From Chloroflexi bacterium HGW-Chloroflexi-9 (GTDB lineage: Bacteria; Chloroflexota; Dehalococcoidia; UBA2979): DNA of 57,958 bases. This document shows positions 26,892-35,702 of this stretch, piece after piece. The notes under the pieces were generated by a model. It worked only from the letters and a program-made list of their open reading frames with translations. It had not been told where the DNA came from and made no database searches. Positions within the stretch are counted from its first letter, which is position 1. Every line of letters starts with the position of its first letter. The position numbers and the translations under genes were made by a program. The stretch spans positions 1-57,958 of the forward strand of contig PHBR01000001.1 in the NCBI GenBank assembly GCA_002840675.1. The letters run 5' to 3'.

Positions 26892-27266
26892 ATGACTGAA
26901 CACACCTACCTCCGCACACACGATCTCGCGGCGGAACATCTCCTGATCGACCTCGGTGAAGCCGTCACTGAGTTACACGGCCTGGTGCCAGATAGCCAGG
27001 ACCGGAGTGCCGTGACGCTGGTGAAGCAGGGTGGGCTCAGCGTCGTGCTCACGCACCTGCACGCCGGCGGAACCCTCGCCGAGCACTCGGCGCCGGGTGC
27101 GACCACTGTGCAGGTCCTGGATGGACACGTCCGCATCCGTGTGGGCGACGACACGATCGAGGTGCCAGCCGGGCGACTCGTTGCCTTCGACGCCAGGGTG
27201 CGGCACAGCGTCGAGGCGCTTGAGGACTCCGTCCTGCTGCTGACACTGGCGCAAGCCCCGGCCTGA
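26892..27266 (+). CDS. cupin domain protein
   Basis: 124 aa. LTHLHAGGTLAEHSAPGATTVQVLDGHVRI...RHSVEA is a cupin two-motif pattern. Confidence 0.7.
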   Translation: MTEHTYLRTHDLAAEHLLIDLGEAVTELHGLVPDSQDRSAVTLVKQGGLSVVLTHLHAGGTLAEHSAPGATTVQVLDGHVRIRVGDDTIEVPAGRLVAFDARVRHSVEALEDSVLLLTLAQAPA

Positions 27267-27290
27267 GGGCGAGCCCGAGGAGGCCACGCG

Positions 27291-27677
27291 ATGAACGCCT
27301 CGTTGAACCGGCTCGCGGCGGTGCTTGCGTTCCTGCTCGGTGCGTTCTCGATCGTCGCGGGCCGGCAGGCCGCGGCTGGCTGAGATCCCGGGTATTCCGT
27401 CCTTGGCTGGCTGCCGGTCTACAACCTCGCATTGGGTGTGTGGACTGTCCTTGTCCCCGCGATCATCATCTGGCGAAGCAGCCGGTTCGCGGTGCCGGTG
27501 TCGGTCGGGACGCTCGCTACGCACGCCGCCGTGCTCGTGCTGCTGCTATCGGGCGCGATTGGCGACCCGGCGAAGCAGAGTCTGCTTGCCATGACCTTCC
27601 GGGTCGGGGTCTGGCTGGCCGTCCTCGGGCTGCTCGCGATCCAGTCGCGAAGGCGAGCGACTTCGGCTGGACGCTGA
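27291..27677 (+). pseudogene. small membrane protein interrupted by an in-frame TGA (27381-27383)
   Basis: A single frame reads MNASLNRLAAVLAFLLGAFSIVAGRQAAAG-stop-DPGYSVLGWLPVYNLALGVWTVLVPAIIIW..., with hydrophobic helices on both sides of the stop. Confidence 0.55.
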
Positions 27678-27752
27678 GCCCCCAAACGGTTGCTGACGAT
27701 CCCGGTCTGCCGGCTCATCCGGCGCGTAACCGGCCGAGGTCGGGCGCAGAGG

Positions 27753-28127
27753 TCAGCGCGGCTCGAACAGTTCCACCGCGTTCCCGGACGGGTCATCGGC
27801 CAGGATCTGCTTCCCGCCGTTCCCGACGACAATGTCGTTCCGGAACGGCACGCCGGCGCTGCGGAGGTGGTCCACCACCTGCTCGAGGTCACCCACCTCT
27901 ACCTGGATGCGGTTCCATCCTCCGGGTGCCGGGACGCTGCCATCCGGCATCGATTGGCCGGCGCCTCCGCCCCCGCCGGGCCGGTTGAGCAGGAGCCGCA
28001 GGTCGCCGTGCGAGAGCATGGCGAAACCCGGCCCCGGGTGCTGTTCGACCTTGAATCCCAGGTGATCCCGGTAGAAGGAAATCGCTGCATCCACATCGTT
28101 GACGATGTACCGAACACTCGCGGGCAT
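27753..28127 (-). CDS. VOC/glyoxalase-bleomycin resistance family protein
   Basis: Internal ATG (MPASVRYIVNDVDAAISFYRDHLGF). Typical VOC beta-alpha-beta-beta-beta module. Confidence 0.8.
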   Translation of the reverse strand: MPASVRYIVNDVDAAISFYRDHLGFKVEQHPGPGFAMLSHGDLRLLLNRPGGGGGAGQSMPDGSVPAPGGWNRIQVEVGDLEQVVDHLRSAGVPFRNDIVVGNGGKQILADDPSGNAVELFEPR

Positions 28128-28252
28128 TGCCAGCCTCCCCCAGCGCCGCCCATGCCGGTCGGCCGCTCCGCGGAACGTACCTGTTTCGGCACGGAACGCC
28201 ACACGGGTGGCGGCCAGCGAGCGCCGGATTCGCACTCCGTGTCAGGTGCGGC

Positions 28253-29986
28253 TCAGTCCTCCGATGAAGCGCGCCGCATCTGCAGGATGACCCCCTTCGG
28301 CGCTACCTCTCCACTCTGGATGACGTCCAGGAAGGCGGCGACGGCCGCCGCGTCCCACTGCGTCCCCGCGCCGTCGCTCAGGATCGTGATCGCCTCGTCG
28401 TGTGAGCGGGGGGAGGCACGATACGGGCGTTCCTCCGTCATGGCGTCGTAGGCGTCTGCGACCGCGATGATGCGTGACCACAGGGGGATCGCGGTCCCTG
28501 ACAGGCCGTCCGGGTAGCCGCCACCGTCCCACCGTTCGTGGTGGTGACGGATTGCCTCCGCGAGTTGCTCCGGGATGTCTCGCATTCTCCCGGCGATCTC
28601 TGCACCGCGGCTTGCGTGCAACTGCATGTGCGTGAGCTCGATCGGCTGCAGGGCGGACGGCTTCAGGTAGATGGCATCCGGGATCACGATCTTGCCCAGG
28701 TCGTGGATCTGGCCGGCGAACGCCAGCAGGTCCAGGTCTTCCCCCGTGATCCCCATGCGCACGCCGATCTGGCGGGCGTACCGGCCCACACGGTCGCCAT
28801 GGTGACGCAGGAACGGGTATCGGGACTCGACTGCCTCGGAGATGCTGGTCAGCAATTCGCGGCCGGCCATCCCACGCCGGTGCTCGTACGCGGCAACATC
28901 CGCACGAAGTGTTTCCAGTTCGGCCCCGGCCCGGGAGGCCCACTCGTGCAGGGCGTCCACCTCGTCCCGCGCGAAGAGGTTTCCGGCGTGCAGCAGCTCC
29001 CCGCCGATGCGCCCGTAGGCGCTGCGGATCCGGCGCAGCAGCAGGACGTCCAGCGACAGCACCGCACCCACAGCAACCATGATGACCGCGGCGATCTGCC
29101 ACTGGTAGCGACGGAGTTCGGCGTTCGCCACCGCGAAGACGTCAGCCGCGGGAAGGCCGACGGCGACGATGTAGCCGGTGCCCCCGACCGGATGGCAATC
29201 CCAGACGACCCCGTCCTCAATCAGGACATCGCAGTCGCCGGTGGTGGCAGCAGCCGTCTTGAGTGGTTCCAGGATGCTGCCGGGCAGCGACGGAGATGCG
29301 TCCGAGGCGACTCCAACCTCATGCGTGGCGCCGGTGGGGCTCACCAGGATGGCACGGGCAGCACGCGGCAACGGTTGCTGGCTCCGCAGCATCTCGCCCG
29401 TGTCCATCGAGAGCGTGGCGACGCCAACGATCGCACCTCCGACCCGCAATGGATGCGCGACGGCGATGGACGACCGTCCGGTCAGGGTGCTGACGACGGG
29501 GCCATCGACCTGGTCCAGGCCGGTACCCATGGCGGCCTGGAAGTAGGTCCGCCCGCGGATCACCTCCGGCTGATCACGCGCCTCGGGAATCGTGCTGCAT
29601 AGCAGGTTCCCGGTGGTGCTGAAGACGCTGAAGCGCCGGTACAGGGAGCGGACCGCTTCCTGCGCGATCGCCGGGCACAGGTCGCTCGCCGCTGTCCCGG
29701 AGGCCAGCAGGATGTCGGTCGCGGATAAGGCGGTCTGTAAGGTCACGAGCTGGGCGTTAGCGCTGGCCGCGATGTCGGCCGCGGCGGCTTCAACCTGGAT
29801 GGCAGCCAGCGACCGACTCCGCTCCTCGGCGCCCAGGTTCATCAGCCACAGGGCCAGGACGACGCCGCCGGCTCCCGCGATCAGCAGGAAGTGCACGCGC
29901 GCCCGAAGCGGCGAGTTAAGCGCCGCCGTGAACCTGCGCAGCAGGCTCGGTTGGGGTGTGACGTCTGCGGGGGATACTAAGTTCAT
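28253..29986 (-). CDS. membrane sensor with periplasmic Cache-like domain and cytoplasmic HD-GYP phosphodiesterase domain
   Basis: Two TM segments flank a sensor region of about 250 aa. C-terminal HHGDRV...HDLGKI...HHERWDGGGYPDGL (HD-GYP). Confidence 0.85.
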   Translation of the reverse strand: MNLVSPADVTPQPSLLRRFTAALNSPLRARVHFLLIAGAGGVVLALWLMNLGAEERSRSLAAIQVEAAAADIAASANAQLVTLQTALSATDILLASGTAASDLCPAIAQEAVRSLYRRFSVFSTTGNLLCSTIPEARDQPEVIRGRTYFQAAMGTGLDQVDGPVVSTLTGRSSIAVAHPLRVGGAIVGVATLSMDTGEMLRSQQPLPRAARAILVSPTGATHEVGVASDASPSLPGSILEPLKTAAATTGDCDVLIEDGVVWDCHPVGGTGYIVAVGLPAADVFAVANAELRRYQWQIAAVIMVAVGAVLSLDVLLLRRIRSAYGRIGGELLHAGNLFARDEVDALHEWASRAGAELETLRADVAAYEHRRGMAGRELLTSISEAVESRYPFLRHHGDRVGRYARQIGVRMGITGEDLDLLAFAGQIHDLGKIVIPDAIYLKPSALQPIELTHMQLHASRGAEIAGRMRDIPEQLAEAIRHHHERWDGGGYPDGLSGTAIPLWSRIIAVADAYDAMTEERPYRASPRSHDEAITILSDGAGTQWDAAAVAAFLDVIQSGEVAPKGVILQMRRASSED

Positions 29987-30222
29987 CGCACCACCGCCGT
30001 TTCGATGGTGTTATAGCACATCTTGCACCGCGTCAACTCATAGTCTGGTGCGTTCGCCAAGTTGTTCACGAGAGTGGAATTGATCAGAACACGGCAGCGC
30101 CCGGTGTTGCGCGCGTTCGTGGTCACCGACAATGTTCCGTATGGCCGCATTTGTGGTGACGGAAACCGGACGCCTCGATCCGCGCTGTCACTCACGATCC
30201 CGGCACCGCGCGCGCCCACGAA

Positions 30223-30252
30223 GAAGGGGGTGGGCAATTGCCCACCCCCTTC
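30223..30252. terminator. 30-nt perfect palindrome, likely terminator of the surface-protein gene
   Basis: GAAGGGGGTGGGCAATTGCCCACCCCCTTC, located 29 nt downstream of the stop of the minus-strand gene ending at 30281. Confidence 0.6.
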
Positions 30253-30280
30253 GTTCATCGAGAGCCGTGCGCCTCGGTCG

Positions 30281-33034
30281 TTACCGGAGTGCGACCACAA
30301 TCGAATGAGTCGTGCCGTCGTCCAGCAGGACCGAGATGGTCAGCGGGCCGACCGACAGGTCACGCGTCCGCAGGTTCCAGTGGTAGTGGCTGTTCCCGCC
30401 AAGGTACGGCGCGATGCCCTGGAAGACGCCGTTCGCGTACACGGCGGCGACCGCCGTCGTCACCTTCGCCCCGGAGGCGTCGGCCAGACAGAACTTCACC
30501 GGGACGGTGGAGCCCTTCTTAAAGGTCTGGACGGGCGCCAGCAGCGGCTGCTGGAAACCACAGAACGCGTAGGTCACGGAGTACGTGGCCGTGGCGCTGC
30601 CCGTGTTCCCGGCCAGGTCCTCTGCGCCGTCGCAGGTGACGGCCACCATGCCCACGCTGCCGCCTGAGACGGACAGGGTGGACTCGGCGGCGACGCCGGA
30701 CAGGGCGTCCGAGGTGGCGCAGCCGGCCTCCGGCACGTCGCCCACGGTGTACGTGGCGCTGTTCGCCACGCCTGTCACCGTCACGACCGGCGCCGTCTTG
30801 TCCACGTTGATGTCAGACACGGATGCCGGGTCGCTGACGTTCCCGGCCAGGTCGGTGCAGGTGCCGCTGGCCGACTGGCCAGCGCCCTCGCCGAGGATGA
30901 CCGCTGCGTCGCACGAATCGACGCCCGAGAGGCTGTCCGTGCCGGTGAACGTCACCGTCACATCCGTATTGTTCCAGCCGTTCGCGTTCGCGTCCGGCGT
31001 GCGCGTGGCCGTCACGACCGGCGCCGTCTTGTCCACGTTGATGTCGGACACGGAGGCCGCGTCGCTGACGTTGCCGGCGTTGTCCGTGCAGGTACCGCTG
31101 GTGGACTGGCCAGCGCCCTCGCCGAGGACGACTGCGGTGTCGCACGAGGCGATGCCCGAGAGATTGTCCGTGCCGGTGAACGTCACCGTCACGTCCGTGT
31201 TGTTCCAGCCGTTCGCGTTCGCGTCCGGCGTGCGCGTGGCCGTCGCCTCCGGAGCCGTCTTGTCCACGTTGATGTCGGACACGGACGCCGGGTCGCTGAC
31301 GTTGCCGGCGTTGTCGGTGCAGGTGCCGCTGGCCGACTGGCCAGCGCCCTCGCCGAGGACGACCGCGGTGTCGCACGAGGCGATGCCCGCGAGGTTGTCC
31401 GTGCCGGTGAAGGTCACCGTCACGTCAGTGTTGTTCCAGCCGTTCGCGTTCGCGTCCGGCGTGCGCGTGGCCGTCGCCTCCGGAGCGGTGGCGTCGCGCT
31501 TCAGCGTCACGCTCTCGCTCGCGGTGCCGCCACCGGAGGTGGCGGTGCAGGTGAACGTCACCGAGGCGGTGTCCGCGGTCACCGTGGTCGTGTCACAGCC
31601 GTCCGTGATCGTGACGTCGGACTCAGCGTCAGTCACCGTCCAAGACACCTGGACGTCGCTCACGAACCAGTCGTTGTTGCCGAGGGTACCGGTCACCTCG
31701 GGGGTGATCGTCGGCGGGGTCGTGTCCACCGGCGTTGGCGGGACGATGACGGGCGGCTCGGTGCCCTGGACCGTCAGGTCCGCGCGGAAGTTGAAGCCGG
31801 CGAGTCCGCCCCAGTCTTCCACCACGACGAGCATCTCGTTCGCGCCGGCCTGTAGGGCAGACTGCAGCGGAGCGGTGCGGACGCCGGGAACACCCGGGGC
31901 AGACGGCGGCAACGGGGTCGCACCCTCGCCGGGGCCGCCCACGAGGCGATCCGTCACCTGCGTGCCGTTGATGTAGTAGGTCCCGCCGTTATCAGAGTTG
32001 ATCCAGAACGTGATGTTCGGATTCACGGAACCCGACGGGATCGTGAACCGGACGCGGAACGTGACCACAGTGCCAGCGGCATTGCCGCATTCGGCGGAGG
32101 CGTTCGTCGGGCCGCAGTTGACCCAGCTGTTGGTGCCGGGAACGAGGCCCCACGGGTGACCACCGACCAGGTAGGCCGGTTCCCAGACCGGGTTCGCGTC
32201 ACCGGTGAAGTGCCACGCCCCGGTCTCCGAGATGCCCCCATCCCACGCCACGACATCGTCCGACCAGTCGGTCGAGGCGTCCACGCTACCCGGCGTGCCG
32301 TTGCCGCCGAGGATCGACAGCGTCTGCGTCGGCAGCGGAGGCGCCGGCGGCACGACGGTGCCGTTCAGGGAGATCTGGGCGAACTGGAGGTTGTTGCCGG
32401 TTGCGCAGTCGTCCATCTGGGTGATGACCACGCGGTTCACCTCGCCCGCGACCATGGCGGTCGAGAGATCGGTCGTGGACTGCGACCCGCCGAGGTAGAT
32501 GTAACTGCCGGCGAAGACGAACCCGGCCGGGTTTGCCGAGTTGTAGATCGCCACTCGGGCGCCGTCATCGGCGCCGCTCATGTTCACGCTGAACTGCGAG
32601 ATCGTCGTCCCCTCGGGGATGCTGACGAGGCTCTGGAAAAACGTGAAGTCCGCCGATGCGAGGCAGGCGTAGATGCCGCCCAGGCGGGAGGGCTGACTCA
32701 TGCCAATGGTGTCGGCGTTCGGGCAGAGTGTGTTGCCCGGCCCACAGTCAGACCAGCTCGCATCGTTCTCCGCCGGGACCGCCCCTGGGATGTAGCTATA
32801 GAACCCGATGTTTCCGTGGGTCGGGAACGCTGCCGTCTGCACCGGCGAGTACGGGCGAGCCACTTCCCACCCGGTGCGTCCCAGCGTCGAGGGCCCCGCC
32901 GCGTCCGCCGCGGACGGAGTTGACGCCAGCAGGAGCACCGCCAGGGCGAGGATCGCCGCAGCGCTGCCGAGCCGCAGCCATGTGCTGCGAGCATTCGAAA
33001 GCAGTCCCAGTCTCAAGTTCAGCCGCCCTTTCAC
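30281..33034 (-). CDS. large secreted cell-surface protein with three tandem Ig-like ~77-aa repeats and a PxKF-like C-terminal domain
   Basis: GTG start preceded by GAGGGG. Signal peptide (AAILALAVLLLASTPSAADA). Repeats TRTPDANANGWNNTDVTVTFTGTD...INVDKTAP x3. C-terminal KKGSTVPVKF motif. Confidence 0.8.
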   Translation of the reverse strand: MKGRLNLRLGLLSNARSTWLRLGSAAAILALAVLLLASTPSAADAAGPSTLGRTGWEVARPYSPVQTAAFPTHGNIGFYSYIPGAVPAENDASWSDCGPGNTLCPNADTIGMSQPSRLGGIYACLASADFTFFQSLVSIPEGTTISQFSVNMSGADDGARVAIYNSANPAGFVFAGSYIYLGGSQSTTDLSTAMVAGEVNRVVITQMDDCATGNNLQFAQISLNGTVVPPAPPLPTQTLSILGGNGTPGSVDASTDWSDDVVAWDGGISETGAWHFTGDANPVWEPAYLVGGHPWGLVPGTNSWVNCGPTNASAECGNAAGTVVTFRVRFTIPSGSVNPNITFWINSDNGGTYYINGTQVTDRLVGGPGEGATPLPPSAPGVPGVRTAPLQSALQAGANEMLVVVEDWGGLAGFNFRADLTVQGTEPPVIVPPTPVDTTPPTITPEVTGTLGNNDWFVSDVQVSWTVTDAESDVTITDGCDTTTVTADTASVTFTCTATSGGGTASESVTLKRDATAPEATATRTPDANANGWNNTDVTVTFTGTDNLAGIASCDTAVVLGEGAGQSASGTCTDNAGNVSDPASVSDINVDKTAPEATATRTPDANANGWNNTDVTVTFTGTDNLSGIASCDTAVVLGEGAGQSTSGTCTDNAGNVSDAASVSDINVDKTAPVVTATRTPDANANGWNNTDVTVTFTGTDSLSGVDSCDAAVILGEGAGQSASGTCTDLAGNVSDPASVSDINVDKTAPVVTVTGVANSATYTVGDVPEAGCATSDALSGVAAESTLSVSGGSVGMVAVTCDGAEDLAGNTGSATATYSVTYAFCGFQQPLLAPVQTFKKGSTVPVKFCLADASGAKVTTAVAAVYANGVFQGIAPYLGGNSHYHWNLRTRDLSVGPLTISVLLDDGTTHSIVVALR
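30780..31472. repeat. three tandem near-identical 231-bp coding repeats
   Basis: Units start at 30780, 31011 and 31242, with the next partial unit at 31473. The units are roughly 90 percent identical by eye. Confidence 0.9.
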
Positions 33035-33128
33035 GAGAAAGCCCCTCGCCTTCCCGTGCGGGAGTATAGGCGGCACTGCCGGAGTGCGCTCCGTCGTGAC
33101 GTACCGCCGGCGCGGATGGCTGTCGCCC

Positions 33129-33968
33129 TCAGCGTGCGGCCACGTCACGCCAGCCACGCACGAGGGCGCGCGGCTGCCACACCCCGGCTTCGATCTCCCG
33201 CCCGCGGAACGCCAGCCAGGCCAGCCCGAAGGCGAGCAGCGCGAGCGCGATGAGCAGCCCCTGCTGCCACCACACCACGCCTTCGGTGAGCAGGCCGTGG
33301 CTGTTCGAGTAGTAGTACGGGCTGAGCCAGCGCATCCACGCGATCGCCTCCACCGTCTGCGCGAACGAGGCGATGAGGTACGAGATCACGACGAGCCCGG
33401 AGACGATGCCGCCCGCCACACCTCGGGCGGGGCTGATCGCGGCGACGAGGATGGCGAGGCCGGTGAAGGCAGCGGTGACCGGGAGCGAGGCGGCGGTGAC
33501 GGCGAGCAGGTCCAGCGTGCCTACCTCCCCCAGGTCGATGAAGGGCGCGGTCGTGAGCCACCCCGCGAGGTTCAGGAGGTAGATTCCGGCGAGGCCCGCG
33601 AAGAGCCCGGCGACGCGCGAGACGAAGATCGTGCTCCGCGAGATCGGCTGGGCCATCAGCGGCTCCAGCGTGCGACGGCCCTCGTCGCCCGCCATCAGAC
33701 CGGTGCCGGCCAGCACGCCGTACATCATCAGGATGATCGGCGCGAACGACAGGTACTCCACCTGGATGAACACGCGCGGGTCGCTCAGGGAGCCCGCGGC
33801 GCCGAAGAACTTGAGGATCTCCTCCGGGTACTGGGCATCCGCCATGAACTGCTCCACGCTTGGGAAGAGCAGCACGATCATCGCCGCGTAGGCACCGAGC
33901 CCCACGCCGAACCAGAAGACGTGCCAGCGCAGTCCCCTCAGCGTGTTCAGGAAGACCGGCCGGCTCAC
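33129..33968 (-). CDS. ABC-2 type transporter permease
   Basis: Six hydrophobic segments. 4-nt overlap with the upstream ATPase gene. Confidence 0.7.
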   Translation of the reverse strand: MSRPVFLNTLRGLRWHVFWFGVGLGAYAAMIVLLFPSVEQFMADAQYPEEILKFFGAAGSLSDPRVFIQVEYLSFAPIILMMYGVLAGTGLMAGDEGRRTLEPLMAQPISRSTIFVSRVAGLFAGLAGIYLLNLAGWLTTAPFIDLGEVGTLDLLAVTAASLPVTAAFTGLAILVAAISPARGVAGGIVSGLVVISYLIASFAQTVEAIAWMRWLSPYYYSNSHGLLTEGVVWWQQGLLIALALLAFGLAWLAFRGREIEAGVWQPRALVRGWRDVAAR

Positions 33969-34864
33969 GCCTGCTCCTCCCCCCGGTAGTAGCCGATGAA
34001 GAGCTCCTCAAGGGAGGGCTGCCGCACGCTGAGGTCGGCGACCTCGAAGCGTGCGATCTCCTTGACCAGCCCGTCGATCCCGTCGCCCGTCTCGAAGGCA
34101 ACCCGGACGCCTTCGCGCCGGGTCAGGCGGACACCCGAGGGCAGCGACGCGAACGCCTCGGCTGGTGGCGGCGCGGCGAACTCAACCTCCACGATCCGCG
34201 GCGCCAGCCGGCGCTGCTCCGCGAGGTCGAATACGTCCACAATCATCCCGTCGCGCACGATGGCGGCGCGAGAACAGACCGACTCCACCTCCGCGAGGAT
34301 GTGCGAGGAGAAGAACACCGTCCGGCCCTCAGCGGCGACCTCGCGGAGGATGACCTCCACCTCCTCCTGGATCAGCGGATCGAGGCCGGTGGTGGGCTCG
34401 TCCAGGATGATCAGCGGCGCGCGGTGCATCAGCGCCAGGACCAGGCCCACCTTCTGGCGGTTGCCGCGAGAGAGCGCCCCCACCTTGCGGGAGGTGTCCA
34501 GTCGCAGCCGCTCGACCAGCCCGCGCAGGTAGGCGGCGTCCGGCGTCTCACCTCGGATGGCGGAGAAGTAATCGAAGACCTCGTGCGCGGTCATGCCGGC
34601 GGGGAACGCGGGGTCGCTGGGCAGGTAGCCCATGCGCCGCCGCGCCTCCACGGAACACCGCTGCGCATCGACCCCGAACACCTCCACGCGACCGGAGGTG
34701 GCGCGGATCACGTCCACGATGATGCGGATCGCGGTGCTCTTGCCGGCGCCGTTGGGGCCGAGGAAGCCGAAGATCTCGCCGGGCCGGACGTGCAGGTCGA
34801 TTCCGCGCAGGGCTCGCACGGGACCGTAGTCCTTCACCAGGGCCTCGATGCGCAGCGCGTCCAT
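33965..34864 (-). CDS. ABC transporter ATP-binding protein
   Basis: Walker A GPNGAGKST, signature LSRGNRQK, Walker B LIILDEP. Confidence 0.9.
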   Translation of the reverse strand: MDALRIEALVKDYGPVRALRGIDLHVRPGEIFGFLGPNGAGKSTAIRIIVDVIRATSGRVEVFGVDAQRCSVEARRRMGYLPSDPAFPAGMTAHEVFDYFSAIRGETPDAAYLRGLVERLRLDTSRKVGALSRGNRQKVGLVLALMHRAPLIILDEPTTGLDPLIQEEVEVILREVAAEGRTVFFSSHILAEVESVCSRAAIVRDGMIVDVFDLAEQRRLAPRIVEVEFAAPPPAEAFASLPSGVRLTRREGVRVAFETGDGIDGLVKEIARFEVADLSVRQPSLEELFIGYYRGEEQA

Positions 34865-34912
34865 CCGGCCTCCGTCCCGCCTGCGCAGTGTCGCGGGCCT
34901 CGCGCGGCGAGT

Positions 34913-35644
34913 CTAGGCGAGCAGGCGTTCCAGGGCGGCACGATCCTTGAGGCGGATCTCGCGACGGCTCACCTCCACGAGGCCGTCCGCGGCCAGCCGT
35001 CCCAGGGCACGCTGGGCAACGTCCGGGACGGTGCCGAGGCGCGCGGCGAGTTCCGGCTGGGTGTACCAGCGCGGACGCTCCACGCGATCCTCGACGGCCT
35101 CGTCCAGGAGCAGCCGTGCGAGGCGCTCGATCACCGAACGGAGCGAGAGGTCGGCGACGATCTCGGTCAGGCGCACCATGTGGTTGGCCATGTTCTCGAT
35201 CACCCGCTCCGCGAAGCCCGGGTGCTTTCGCAGCAGGCGGGTCACCGCAGAACGCGGTAGCAGCCAGGCTTGCACGGGTTCCAGGGCGATCGCGGTGGCG
35301 GGGTTCGGGCGGGCGGTGAAGACGGCGACCGCGTTGGCCGGCTCCCACGGCGCGAGGATCTGCAGGATGTGCTCCCGCCCCTGCGCGGAGCTCTTCACGA
35401 CCTTCATCCGTCCCGACTCGATGAGCAGCAGGCCGGGGGACGGCTCGCCTTCCAGGAAGACCACCTCGCCCGTGGCGAAGGTGCGGTATGCCGCCGCTTC
35501 TGCAAGCTCCTGGATCAGCGCTGTATCCAGTAGCGAGAAGAACGGAATCAGCGCCAGTTGTTCGGCAAGATGGGCTGCAGAGTGGGATGCGGTCACGTGT
35601 GGATGATACCGCGCCCATCCCGCGGGTATCGGGAAACCCGACAA
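34913..35644 (-). CDS. Crp/Fnr family transcriptional regulator
   Basis: cNMP-binding-like beta-roll (FATGEVVFLEGEP...LLLIESGRMKV) and a C-terminal HTH (TQPELAARLGTVPDVAQRALGRL). Start uncertain. Confidence 0.8.
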   Translation of the reverse strand: MSGFPIPAGWARYHPHVTASHSAAHLAEQLALIPFFSLLDTALIQELAEAAAYRTFATGEVVFLEGEPSPGLLLIESGRMKVVKSSAQGREHILQILAPWEPANAVAVFTARPNPATAIALEPVQAWLLPRSAVTRLLRKHPGFAERVIENMANHMVRLTEIVADLSLRSVIERLARLLLDEAVEDRVERPRWYTQPELAARLGTVPDVAQRALGRLAADGLVEVSRREIRLKDRAALERLLA

Positions 35645-35702
35645 AAGTCGCGGTCATGGATCGCGCCCGCCCTCATCATGAGGAAGGTAACTGGAGGCAG
35701 CG

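Noticed and set aside
27381-27383. TGA as selenocysteine or reassigned codon
   Set aside because: I could recognise no SECIS-like hairpin immediately downstream. All other genes in the window use TGA as a normal stop. A Trp (TGG) at this site fits the context, so a nonsense mutation or sequencing error is more parsimonious.
30780-31472. Regular repeats considered as a possible CRISPR array
   Set aside because: The period is 231 bp with no unique spacers. The repeats are in frame and encode protein modules inside a long ORF.
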